From: Phallusia mammillata
Taxonomy: Eukaryota
DNA: 64,000 nt
NCBI GenBank assembly: GCA_965637545.1
Contig: OZ281500.1
Location: forward strand, 16,802,001 to 16,866,000
Reading direction: 5' to 3'
Positions 20,589-33,599 of the stretch are shown here, piece by piece. Every line of letters starts with the position of its first letter. Position 1 is the stretch's first letter. The position numbers and the translations under genes are program-made. The notes under the pieces are model-generated. The model did not search any database and was not told the origin of the DNA. It worked only from the letters and a program-made list of their open reading frames with translations.

Positions 20589-23137
20589 GATGGTCAAATG
20601 CAAGAGACACTTGCAAGAAGTAAAACACAAGAGACACTCCACAAACTTGTTTAAGTTATTCTCCTGCAACAGATATGCTTCATCACAATATTAAATACAT
20701 AACAACGCTTTTATTATATTTAATATTCCCTTTTTGTTGTTGCAATAATTGCTTTTCACCTTTAATATTGCTCTGAAATGCACAACTTCGTAAGAGGCAG
20801 GAAGATAATAACAGCTCGAGTGCATGTGCAAATCAAGTACAAACAGTCTCAGAAAGTCATACATCTATTTTGAACGCTGGTACAATTACCAAAAGCAATG
20901 TAAACGATTAGGTGGCTTGAATTGGCAAGGACATCAGGCCCTATTCAAGGAAATTTCTTGTTTCTAAAATAACTTCCTGAAATGCTTTTCCAAACACAAA
21001 TTACAACAAAGCCTGTATGAAAATGTTGTAGCTTTTTCCATTTGGGCACAAATCACAAAGTAATTGTACACATACAGTACGTGTCAATTCTATGCAACCA
21101 ATATTGCTATTCAGTAATGACTGATCATGTCTCGTCGCAGTTGAAGGGTTTACACATGGTATGTACCATGAAACCTTTTCTTACACAAACCCAGTCAAAA
21201 CTTAACTTCAAAACCTGTTGATGTAGTTCTAGGTTGTTCAACTAGATATAAATTATACCTCGAAAGTAAAGAGGTTAGTTTATTTTTTTAAGTGAAATGT
21301 GCTCACCAGAAGTGAAGCCATGCTCACGAAAACCCACAAATCAAACAAAAAATCTAATAAATAAAATAAATAGGCAAAAGATGAGCATTACTTCAAAAAT
21401 CAACTTGTTATCAAATCCTCGCCCTGTCAATTAGAAGTAAGAACGGGTGACAGCATTTTTTGTGTGTTGCCCAGTAAACAAAATAACTGCCAAAATGACT
21501 TTTCAAAGAATACGACTTTTTTAAATACGTTTCTGGACACTTGAAAATGATTTTTACAAAATGATTATGTCATAACCACAAATGCTGTAATGGTTTGGAC
21601 CAACACAAAAACTTCGACGGTACTTTTTGTTGCCATGCCAAATTGTTTTTTTTATCAGACAAACGGATCTTTTTTATCAGACTCAACTGGGACGGGACAT
21701 GATCAGTTATTACTGAAAAGCATTATTGATTGCATAGAATTGACACGTACTGTATGTGTACAATTACTTTGTAATTTGTGTCTAAACGGAAAAAGCTACA
21801 ACATTTTCATACAGGCTTTGTTGTAATTTGTGTTTGGGACAGTATTTCAGGAAGTTATTTTAGAAACAAGAAATTTCCTTGAATAGGGCCTGATGTCCTT
21901 GCCAATTCAAGCCACCTAATCGTTTGCATTGCTTTTGGTAATTGTACCAGCGTTCAAAATAGATGTATGACTTTCTGAGACTGTTTGTACTTGATTTGCA
22001 CATGCACTCGAGCTGTTATTATCTTCCTGCCTCTTACGAAGTTGTGCATTTCAGGGCAATATTTAAGGTGAAAAGCAATTATTGCAACAACAAAAAGGGA
22101 AGATTAAATATAATAAAAGCGTTGTTATGTATTTAATATTGTGATGAAGCATATCTGTTGCAGGAAAATAACTTAAGCAAGTTTGTGGAGTGTCTCTTGT
22201 GTTTTACCTCTTGCAAGTGTCTCTTGCATTTGACCATCATGCTTTGTAACGGCATTTTCTGTGTTGCAATATTCGTCTTGGCAAGTTTTCAACTCTTACC
22301 TGGGCGTGGACAGGAAATACAGCCATCTTGCTGTGTTTCAGCAGGAGCTCGTGATTTGCCTGGAAAAGGGGTAATTGACATCAAAATTAATCATTTTTGC
22401 GTTTTATTAGGCTTCAAGGCAGCGGTTTCCAACCTCTCGTGTGCCGTGGTCCCTTGATAACATCTGCCAAGTTGCGGTGACTCCAAGGATAAAGTTAATA
22501 GGCTATAAATTAACATTCACTGTATTCTTTCTTAAAAATAAAGTGCTCAATGATTTTATTGGGGCTAGTGGTCTATGCCCTAAAACGAGTTGGGAACCAT
22601 GCCTTAGGCGACCCCAACTGGAGTCGCGACCCATAGGTTGGGAACCGCTTCTTTAAGGTAATTGCTAGCTACAATGGATGACAGATCAGTGGTTGGTTAC
22701 TTTTTTGACAAATTTCATTATTGGAGAGTTTAAACGTATTTGTTACAATAACACAATGTAGATAAGATAAATAACTCTCAATTGAACGAACATCATTAAG
22801 GCGTTAGCCGCATTTGCCAACCAGGACACCGGTATGTATTGGCTTATGATTTCCACGTCTCAAAAAATTAGATGTGATCGAATACTTTTTGGAGCCAGTC
22901 ACTGAATGCTGTATCGTATTTATGTACTGTCCGATAACCACCTTGTGCATTGGTTAAAGGACATGATAGGACAAGATGGTCTGTATCTTGCTTATCTGCT
23001 CCACAGTGTGGGCATTACAAATTACTTCTTTCGCCCCAGCATTAAAGCATGTGGGCGGTGCGAGCAGGTTTAGATTGAAGTCGGTCCGCTGCTACACCGA
23101 GCACTTATTTTTGGTAACCATGAAATAAGGGTGGATT

Positions 23138-23930
23138 AAAAACACACGTCACTTACACCTCGGTAAAACTATTGTTTTTAATGTTAATTTTTGCACCGAT
23201 TTTGTTAAGCCACCTGCCTTTGGCTATATCCAGGTCCGCAGTACGTGGTTGTTCGACAAACACAACACAGTAGCAACGTTCAATTGGCTTTTCAAACTCG
23301 TTGGGGTGTCGGTCTTTAAAGTGGTGCAAAAGCGCCGCGTCATCATTACGCTGCGAAGTGTCGACCTTCCCCCAAATGGCATGGTGACCCAACCACCGAG
23401 TGGCAAACCGATTTTTAGTCTCGCCTACATATTGTTCTTGGCATAAGTGGCAAGTGGCGACATAAATGCCATAACTCTTACAAGTGAGATGTTGGGAGAT
23501 CTTAAAACTGCGACTTGAGGTTTGCAGAAATGCGCTTTGTTTAACCATGTCGGTTTTGTGGTTACCGTGGTTGGCCCTGGATATAGCCGAAGACAGGTGG
23601 CTTAAAAAAATCGATGCAAAAATTAACATTAAAAAATGGTTTTACCGAGGTGTAAGTGACGTGTTTTTTTTTTTCTTTGCCTTTTACGTTTTACTGTTTT
23701 TGTCTCTCTTGCGTTTCTTATCTATCATTGCGTGTTTACAGTCGGTTTAGTCTGATAGGTTTTCAGCTGAGAAAAGATCATGTGTGTAAAGGAACCATTG
23801 GCTTTTTCTAATTTTAATCCCTTTATTGCTCTCTGTAGACACTGAAGATGTTTTTTTAGCGAAATATAATTGTTTTTTTTAAACTGACAACTGATTTTAA
23901 CCTGGAAATAAAGATTTCCCAAAACGTGTA
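23138..23930 (-). mobile_element. Penelope-like element fragment (GIY-YIG endonuclease, 23153-23580) with inverted terminal repeat
   Basis: GIYVATCHLCQEQYVGETKNRFATRWLGH is a GIY-YIG motif. A ~100-bp inverted repeat lies at 23138-23238 and 23576-23675, followed by a plus-strand 3' UTR. Confidence 0.85.
23838..23874 (+). ncRNA. Candidate degenerate minimal hammerhead ribozyme in the Penelope pLTR
   Basis: GACA-CTGAAGA-T-GTT(TTTTT)AGC-GAAA-TATA-AT-TGTT: catalytic core boxes, a 3-bp helix II and a 4-bp helix I. The U16.1 position appears mutated. Confidence 0.5.
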
Positions 23931-25479
23931 ATATTTCCATTTGGGCATTAAACTTGATCCACTCTTTAGTGAAGGATCTTAGTCTGGTTACAGAGTTCAA
24001 TGGAGCCTATCCTGTTTTTTATGCTGCTGGGCTCTGTTGGTTTTTATCAGGAACTTGCACTTGTCCAAATTGGGTTGGACTTGATCTTAGACCCCCGCTA
24101 CACCAACGACAAGGTGTCAGGTCCGTCTGTACGGGTCACAAAACTATAACCGTTTGTACAAAATCACACACTGAAGCGATAGTGGAATTCGTCCTCTGAT
24201 GTTTTAAACTACCCACAAGGATTAATTTATCCCCACATTATAAGTATTGTGTCAGCAAAAGTTGTTTAAAAGTGTGTGTATATTCTTTAAATAGTGTTGT
24301 TTGTAGAATGGGCCAATTGGACATGCTGGGTCAACTGGACTCGTTGGAGAAAGTGGTATGAAAGGAGCGAAAGGGGAACCTGGAAAAAGGGTGATTGATT
24401 TTAAAACGACTCATTTTTGCTTTAATTAGGCTCAAAGATTGTTAAAAATGTTACAAAATGTCAACCAAAGTTAGGGTTACCAGGTTTATAGAGGTTTTCC
24501 GGCAAATGTATTTTTATTCTATATAGTCCTATTTTTGCCAAGATATAATTGTTATCTTGGAGACAAAAAGTCCAGTTTTGTTTGCTTATAAGTGACAAAA
24601 CGTAAATCTTTGCAAGATCCGATCACATTTAACAGTCAGCTTTTAATATGCCAAAAGTCACCAAAAAAAAAAATTTAGGTACGTTGTTCATCAAAAACAG
24701 CACAGACAGCAGTTAAAATGTAAACCTTTAAGTGCCTCAAGAAAAGAAATTGTAAGAACTACTGTACGTAAAACTACTAAGATGCTAAAATTCCGGACAC
24801 TATGAGTGGTTTTAAAAATTATTTCCGGAGATAGGTTTTAAGCTATAATTCCGTACATGTCTGGGAAATTTCTGAGGTCTGGTAACCCTATATTTTAAAT
24901 ATTGTGGTTTTTATAAGGGATTTACTGGGCTTACTGGACTTACTGGGTCAACTGGACTTACTGGACGAAGTGGAGCCAAAGGAGCTCCGGGTTTTCCTGG
25001 AAAAATGGTGATTGAATTTAAAATGGCTTATTTTTGTGTTTTATTACGCTTTGAGTTTACTTGCCTGCAATAGATGATTATGTTGATTAGTGATTAGTTA
25101 CGTTTTCGACGAATTTCATAATTGACGAGTTTAAACATGTTATTTGTTATGTTAAGTTATTTGTTACTCCCTGTTAGCCAAAAACGCAATGTAACTTAGA
25201 TAAAATAAATAACTCTTAATTGAACGAACATAATTAAGGTTAGCTCCATATGCCGACGGTGATAAAACTATAATCGTTTGTACAAACGAAGAATTTTTGG
25301 AACCACTGGCTCAAGGTGAAAATACTACTCATAAAACATCGCAAGCTTTGATGAAGCTTTTTTATTAAACCGGTAATGAGCCTGTTACACGACATGCATT
25401 TCGGGTTTCAAGCTGCTTTTAAAAATGTCAAAAATGTTACAAAAAATTTATACGCAGCAGCAAGTATTGCCATTTAAAC

Positions 25480-25696
25480 CAGGGGTCGGCAACCTTATTC
25501 CTACTGCGGACCGTTTTTGAAACTGAAATTTTATCGCGGACCGGCTTTTAAAAAACTAGAATCATTTAACATGAAAAACGCTTAAATTAGTTGATCATCC
25601 CCGGGATACATGGGCAAAATGATTTAAAGCATTTAACCTAAAAATTTATAAGGCCCGGTAACGAACTCGTCGCGGACCGGCGGTGGCCGACTACTG
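25480..25696. mobile_element. D-specific hAT MITE
   Basis: TIRs CAGGGGTCGGC / GCCGACTACTG. Perfect TSD ATTTAAAC at 25472-25479 and 25697-25704. C has the empty site near 17205. Confidence 0.88.
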
Positions 25697-26039
25697 ATTT
25701 AAACCTTTCCATAAATGGTATCATGAGTACTGATCTATTCACACATTACTTGTTTTAAGTATTGTGTCAGCTAAAGTTGTGGGGAACTGTATGTATATTT
25801 TTTAAATACGGTTGTTTGTACAAGGGGCCAGTTGGACCTTCTGGGCTACCTGGACCTACTGGGCCACCTGGACCTACTGGGCCAACTGGACTTACTGGGC
25901 CAACTGGAATCCCTGGACAAAGTGGTATGAAAGGAGCAAAAGGGGATCCTGGAAAACAAGTGATTGATATTGAAATGAATCGTTTTTGTGTTTTAATAAC
26001 TCTCAACTGAACGGACATAATTAAGATTAGCCCCATATG

Positions 26040-28130
26040 CCGACTAGGACACCGGTGACAAAACTATAACAGTTTGTACAAACCAACCGCCGAAGCGATA
26101 GTGAAATTCGTCCTCTGATGTTATAAATTAGCCACTGGGGAATAATTTTTAGAACTACTTGGTTAATATGAAAATTCTACTCATAAAAACAGTGCAAGCT
26201 TTGATGAAGCTTTTTTATTAAACCGGTATTGAACCTGTTACAGGACATGCATTCCGGTTCAACGAAGGCGAAACGTATTCCAAGCTGCTTGTAAAAATGT
26301 TAATGGTGTCATAAAAAACTTTAACGCAGCAGCAAGTATTGCCATGAACCCTTCCAAAACAGTTATTGTAAGTTAAGGTTATCATATCTGCGTGAGTGAA
26401 ATTCCGGGCGGAATATTTTAGGCGACACCAAACATGCGTCATGACGTTATATATTACCAACCCAAATAGTCGTATTTTTGCCAAGATAATTATAGTTATC
26501 ACAAAGAAAAAAAAGCCCAGTTTGTTTCCCACTAAGTTAAAACACGTAAATTTTTACAAGATCCAATCAAATTTAATAGTCAGCTTTTCAAACCAAATAA
26601 TCCTGTTTTTGTCAAGATATCATTGTTATCACAAAGATTGAAAGCCCAGTTTTGTTTGCCAATAAGTGACAAAACGTAAATTTTTACCAGATCCGAACAC
26701 ATTTAACAGTCAGCTTTCGAGGCGCAAAAATCACCAAATAGCCTTTATTTTATAGCTGATAAGTTGTTCGCTTAAGTGTAGGTACATCGTTTATCAAAAA
26801 CAGCACAGACAAAGTTAAAACCAAAACCTTTGATTTCCTCAAATCCACTATCTGAACAATATAGAGAATTAAATATAACTGAAATAAAAGGAGCTCAGGG
26901 TTTTCCTGGAAAAAAGGTAATTGAATATAAAATGACTCATTTTTGCGTTTTATTAGGCTTAAAGGTTGCTTGCCTACAATAGATAAATATATAGATCAAT
27001 GGTTGGTTGCTCTTTTTTCCGAATTTCATTATTGACGAGTTTAAACATATCGGTTACTTCCCGATAGCGTAAAACACGATGTAGATAAGATAAATAACTC
27101 TCAATAGAACGAACAGCATTAAGGCGTTAGCCGCATTTGCCAACCTGGACACCGGCATGTATTGTCTTATGATTTTCACGTCTCAAAAAATTAGATGTGA
27201 TCAAATATTTTTTTAAGCCAGTCCCTGAATGCTGTATCGCATTCATGTGCTGTCAGATAACCACCTTGTACATCATTGGTTGAAGGAAATGTTAGGACAA
27301 GATGATCCTTATCTTGCTTATCTGCTCCACAGTGTGGGCATTACGAATTAGCTTTTTCGCCTTAGCATTAAAGCATGTGGGCGGTGCGAGCATGTTTAGA
27401 TCGAAGTCGGTCCACAGCTACCCAGCACTCATTTTTGGTAACCATGAAATAAAGGTGGATTTCAATGCTGGGCGAAAGCCATGTAGTAAGGGTAGTGGTG
27501 GGTGGCCACGTACCCGGTGTAACGATTTTTTTACTTTGTTTCAATGAAAGTCCACACACATTAGCTAAACCAGAGTGCGGGAGTAATTGGCTTTAGTGGT
27601 GAGCCGTTATTGCAGGGTTCTGGACCAGACTGGTTGGAATATAAGACCGATTATCAGACCTGCCGAAATATTTCGGTAACATACCCTATGGTAATTTTGC
27701 TTCCGGCGACGTTGCTGTTGCGTGGGTTTCTTTGAGTCGAGCGATATCGACTTTGTGTTACTGGAGGATTTTCCCAAGATATTCCCATTTAGGCATTAAA
27801 CCTGCTTCACTCTTTAGTGAAGAATCTTAGTCTGGGTGCAGAGTTTAACAGAGCCTATCCTATTTTTTATACTGTTGCTGGGCTCTGTTTTTTTTTGCAG
27901 GAACGCGAAAGTTTTAATTCTGGGAAACGTTCGATCCAACCTTTTTCGCGCATTGCTGTTGGATTATTGGGTTGGACTCGATCGTAGTCCCCCACTACAC
28001 CAACGACAAGGTGTCAGGTCCCTCTGTACGGGTCACAAAACTATAACCGTGTGTACAAATCAAACACCGAAGCGATAATGAAATTCGTCCTTTGATGTTA
28101 TAAATTAGCCACTGGGAGAGAATATTTAGA
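26040..28130 (+). repeat. Internal partial duplication within D (intron blocks plus collagen exon remnant 26887-26916)
   Basis: Direct similarity to D intron segments at 22650-24250 and 25250-25450. The remnant AAAGGAGCTCAGGGTTTTCCTGGAAAAAAG|GT has no in-phase acceptor. Confidence 0.7.
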
Positions 28131-28356
28131 ACCATTGGGTCAAGGTGAAAATTCTACTCATAAAAACATTGGAAGCTTTGATGAAGCTATTTCATTAAAC
28201 CGGTACTAAGTCTGTTACACGACATGCATTTCAGGTTCAAAGAAGGCAAAACGCATTTCATGCTGCTTGTAAAAATGTTAATAGTGTTAGAAAAAAACTT
28301 AATCGCAGCAGCATGTGTTGCCATTACACCTTTCAAAAACGTTATCCCAAGTACTA

Positions 28357-28737
<381 letters not shown>

Positions 28738-28826
28738 TTAATTGTCAACTAATGTTGACGTTCTACATGCACATTTTTTTTTATTTCCCCGGTGTGCGGG
28801 ACAACGTGTATAACGATACCTTAGAT

Positions 28827-29043
28827 CAGGGGTTCTTAACCTGGGGTGCACGCACCCCCAAGGGGTGCGAGAACTGTTCCTAGGGGGTGCGGGGATGCTG
28901 AATCATTAAGGTTGGTTAGGTCTATTCTATTTAAGCAATTACAGAAGGGGGAGCGAAAATTGGTTAGTGATTTGAAAGGGGGTGCGAAAATTGATTAGTG
29001 ATTTGAAAGGGGTGCAGCAAGGAAAAAAGGTTAAGAACCACTG
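28827..29043. mobile_element. D-specific hAT MITE
   Basis: TIRs CAGGGGTTCTTAACC / GGTTAAGAACCACTG. TSD CCTTAGAT / ACTTAGAT. Empty site present in B and C. Confidence 0.85.
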
Positions 29044-29686
29044 ACTTAGATGCTTATAGCATATGCCCCTTGTCGTCATTTGTCTCAATTAATTTAGTTA
29101 AGTTGAAAAACGTATTTGACGCTCTGAGCAAACAAAAAGCCGACATTTGATTTTAAGGAAAGGCCATTTCAGTTTGACACATTTTTTTAAAATTTCGAAG
29201 TGATATGAAATAAACAGCGTATGACTAGTGTCATATTATCTCATTGATTGCCTTACCTTCAGATCGATTTCGTCGCCTGGAAGAACGTGCTAATCAGCTT
29301 TGGAGGTAGGTGAAAGGAGCGATGTACCGAATATTCAGTTTGCCGAATTTATTCGGCTGAATCGGCCATTTTTGCAAAGATTCGGTTTTGGCCGAATAAT
29401 TTGTTGCGATTCCGCCGAAACCGAATATTTTACGAACACAAAATTAAACCGTTAAACGTGTCTTTTATGCCAAGTAAGATACCAAGTAATCTTTTTAAAC
29501 TGCATCATAAGGAAAATCAATTTTTATATTTTTGACACATTACCTTTTTTCCCCCCAAAGGTAGTATTCTGCACTATTTGTCTGGTAACATTTTTTCATG
29601 TCAAACGCGTAGCGTACGACTTTGCGTGTTCGGTTTTGGCCGAACCGAAATTTAGCCGATTCGGCACATCACTAGTTTAAACTATA

Positions 29687-29993
29687 AGAACTTTAACCAA
29701 CACCTTTTAGATATATACCTTTGGTACTTTAACTATCGAACCTAATGAAATTCAAACCATACCTACCCAAAACCTTTATTCTTTTAACTCATGAACTACG
29801 CTACCCTTCTATACACACAAACTCTTAATAACTATATATATATATACCTTAAGAAAACCTGCAATCTGTCATCTTAGTGACTATGCGTAACATATCATCT
29901 GAAAACTTATCTCGCCCTCCTACCAACAACGGGTATTAGTTTCTAAGTTCTACTTTGTAAGTAGTCTTAATAATGAAAAAAAAAAAAAAAAAA
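29687..29993 (+). mobile_element. 5'-truncated poly(A)-tailed retroinsertion
   Basis: Ends in AATAATG followed by a poly(A) run; flanked by AAACTATA direct repeats. C has the empty site (reverse complement of 15575-15605). Confidence 0.75.
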
Positions 29994-32670
29994 CTATAGA
30001 ACAGTTATGTAACGCCTTGTGTGTTATTTAGCGAGTGAATTTGTAAAGACAAGACCACATTGTTTTACTAATGGCAGCCTCCTATTCGCAATAGGCAAAA
30101 AATGCTATTAATGATCTATTTACTGACCAGAATAATGATACCCTCCTTGACCAAAGTGACAATACTTTAAACACTGATAATGATTTTTCATCCTGCAATT
30201 ATGTTCTGTCCACTCAAATTGCAACAAATGCTCCTTCCAAAAATAGTTTCTCAGCTATGTGTGTCAATATAAGATCATTGGCAAACCCTAGAAATTTTTC
30301 AAAGCTTGAATCCCTTATTGCAAATATGAATATTAAACCCACAGTTATTTGTGTTAATGAAACCTGGATAAAACAAAATAACCCTGGAGCTCTTTAAACT
30401 TAACCCTGGTATTCATTGCTACCTCCCCGGATACAACTTTATTTCCAATAGTCGTGTTATCACAACAGGAGGAGGTCTAGGTCTATATGTTGACAACAAA
30501 ATACCACATTCTCTCTGCAACGACCTAACTATAATGAAAGAAAAAACTTTTGAATCACTTTTTATACAATTTGAAGTTTCTAACACAAAAATAGTTTGTG
30601 GAACCATCTACAGATCACCAGGACAGGACGGCAGCAGCTATAATGATTTCCATAACACATTAACTGCTTCGCTTTCAAAAATAAACAAAATGCGGCTACC
30701 CACATATATGTTAGGTGACTTTAACTTTAATCTTCTGGATACCAACAATATTCATGTAGACAACTTCACAACATCCCTTTTTGAAAACTCCTTTATTCCC
30801 TTAATAAACAAACCCACAAGGATCACTGGCACAGTTAGCACATGTATTGATCATATATGGACAAATAACCATAAGCACAAAACAACCAGTAGCATTTTAC
30901 TTGATGCAATATCAGACCACTTGCCAATTATGGTTTGCACAAATGTGAAAACAAAACATCGTAACATGGTACCAAGGCAACGAAACTTTTGTAACAAAAA
31001 CATTGAGAAATTCAAAACAAATCTTTCTGACATACACATTTCCGGAGTAATGACCCAAAATGACCCAAACCAGGGCTACAGTTTATTAACTCACCTCATT
31101 GGTCAACAATTTGTAAATTGCTTCCCCTTTAGCCCCACAAAATCAGAACATGAAACACAGGTATGGTTTGATCAGGGACTCCACAATATACAAATGCTGA
31201 AGCAAAGGTCTTACAAAAAATATATGAACAAAAAGACAGAATGTAGAAAAGAAAAATATAACAAAATGTGTAACTTGTATACACACATGCTGACTAAGAA
31301 AAAACAGGAACACTATCACAAATTGTTTACAAGCACTAAACAGAACACCAAAAGGACCTGGGCCACAATCAATAAGCTGCTTGGCAGGGTGAAAACAAAA
31401 TCAACCAGTCCGATGATAATTGATGGATGTATTACAACTGAACCCAGGAAAATAGCAAACCATTTTAACCAATATTTTGGCACAGTTTCAAAGAACCTGG
31501 CTGTAAAATTAAATCCACCAAAAAAACCATTTCACTCATACTTGTCAAAAGACTGCCCCAATTCCATGTTTCTGTACCCAACCTGTCCTGGTGAAATCGT
31601 TCAAACCATCCAGTCCATGCAACCAAAACTAAGTTGTGGATTTGATGAGATCCCTGTAAAAGTGATTAAAAACTTCAGTGAAAATATTATACTTGCCCTT
31701 AGTCATGTAATTAATTTATCCTTCTGTACAGGTAATTTCTTAACTGATTTTAAACAGGCAAAAGTCATTCCAATCTATAAAAACGGAGATCGAAAATTAG
31801 CATCAAACTATCGGCCAATAAGCCTGCTCTCAAACCTGTCAAAGGTAGTAGAAAGGTTGGTTTACAATAGAGTATACTCATTCTTAATAACAACGAACTT
31901 TTTTTCCAACTCCCAGTTTGGATTTAGAAAGCAACACTCGACAAGCCATGTAACAACTAAATTAATAGCGGAAGTAACTGAGTATTTAAACAATAAAAAT
32001 CACACATTAGGCATATTCCCAGATTTGTCAAAGGCATTTGATACAATTGATCATAAAATTATGTTAAAAAAACTATATGCATGTGGTATTAAAGGGATGG
32101 CGCTTGACTGGTTTGAGAGCTATCTTGGAGGCCGATTACAGCATGTTTTTTATAATGATTTTATATCAACTAATAAACAAGGCTATTCTTTAGGAGTTTC
32201 CCAAGGTTCCATTCTTGGTCCTCTGCTTTTTATTATATATGTTAATGACTTCCCAACTTGCCTACATTATAGCACTCCTTTAATGTTTGCTGATGACACG
32301 ACTATTATAGTAAGTGCTAAAACTAAAGACGAACTGGAAAAAAAGCTAATTTAGAAATAGAAACTACATATAACTGGTTAGTTGCCAACAAACTTACCCT
32401 AAATATAAGCAAGACAAAAACAATGGTGTTCCATTCAAGCGGACATCATACAATAAATGTAGCCATCAAAGGTCAGAGACTGGAACAGGTTAAATCGCTG
32501 TCATTTTTGGGTATAATTCTAAATGAAAGACTATCTTGGAAGGAGCATGTTAATAAGCTTTACCAGACATGCAAGCGTAACCTTGCAATAGTAACAAAGG
32601 TAAACAATTACTTACAAAAAGACACACTATTAAGCCTCTACCATTCCCTCATCATGTCACACATTCGAGG

Positions 32671-32710
32671 TAAAGTCTATATAAAACACATGTGTTTTAT
32701 ATGTACTTTG
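32671..32710. mobile_element. 40-bp palindromic micro-insertion with 8-bp direct repeats
   Basis: TAAAGTCTATATAAAACACATGTGTTTTATATGTACTTTG is a near-perfect hairpin, flanked by ATTCGAGG at 32663-32670 and 32711-32718. Confidence 0.7.
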
Positions 32711-32716
32711 ATTCGA

Positions 32717-33548
32717 GGGTTTGACTAAAAGCCTGACTGCCTGACTGGCCTGACTTTGGCGGCAGTGTTTCACAAAATATTTGTTGGACTGACTTGTTTA
32801 AAAAGTATGACTACTGTTGGTTAGGAAAGGCCAAACGCCTGAATGCGTAAAACGTCATCACAGAAGGCCTGACTTTCGTGATTGTCGATTGAGAAAGGCC
32901 TGACTGCGTAAAGCGTCATCAGAGAAGGCCTGACTTTCGTGATTGTCGACTGGAAAAGGCCTGACTGCGTAAAGCGTCATCAGAGAAGGCCTGACTTTTG
33001 TGATTGTCAAATGGGAAAGGCCTGACTGTGTAAAGCGTCATCAGAGAAGGCCTGACTTTCGTGATTGTCAAATGGGAAAGGCCTGACTGTTAAAAGCGTC
33101 ATCAGAGATGGCCTGACTGTTAAAAGCGTCATCAGAGAAGGCCTGACTTTCGTGATTGTCGATTAGGAAACGCCTGACTGCGTCAAACGTCTTTAGAGAA
33201 GGCCTGACTTGGGTGATTGTCGATTGGGAAAGGCCTGACTGCAATATTAAAAGCTTGACTTGGGTGATTGTCGATTGGGAAAGGCCTAAATGCAACATGA
33301 AAGGGCCTGACTGCAATATAAAAGGCCTGACTGCAACATAGAAGGTCCGACTTAGTTGATAGTCGATCGGGAAAGGCCTGACTTTCGTGATTGTTGATTA
33401 GGAAACGCCTGACTGCGTAAAACGTCATCAGAGAAGGCCTGACTTTCGTGATTGTCGATTGGAAAAGGCCTGACTTTCGTGATTGTCGATTGAGAAAGGC
33501 CTGACTTTCGTGATTGTCGATTGGGAAAGGCCTGACTGCGTAAAATGT
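32717..33548 (+). repeat. Left MULE TIR: tandem 20-31-bp units each beginning GCCTGACT
   Basis: Units such as GCCTGACTTTCGTGATTGTCGATTGGGAAAG, GCCTGACTGCGTAAAACGTCATCAGAGAAG and GCCTGACTGCAATATAAAAG. Confidence 0.9.
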
Positions 33549-33599
33549 CACGTTACGTTAAAACGTTTAAATGACCTTTTCAATCACACTTGACGGTTT

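Noticed and set aside
26887-26916. Extra collagen exon in D
   Set aside because: Only the 3' end survives; the nearest AG yields 26 nt, out of phase.
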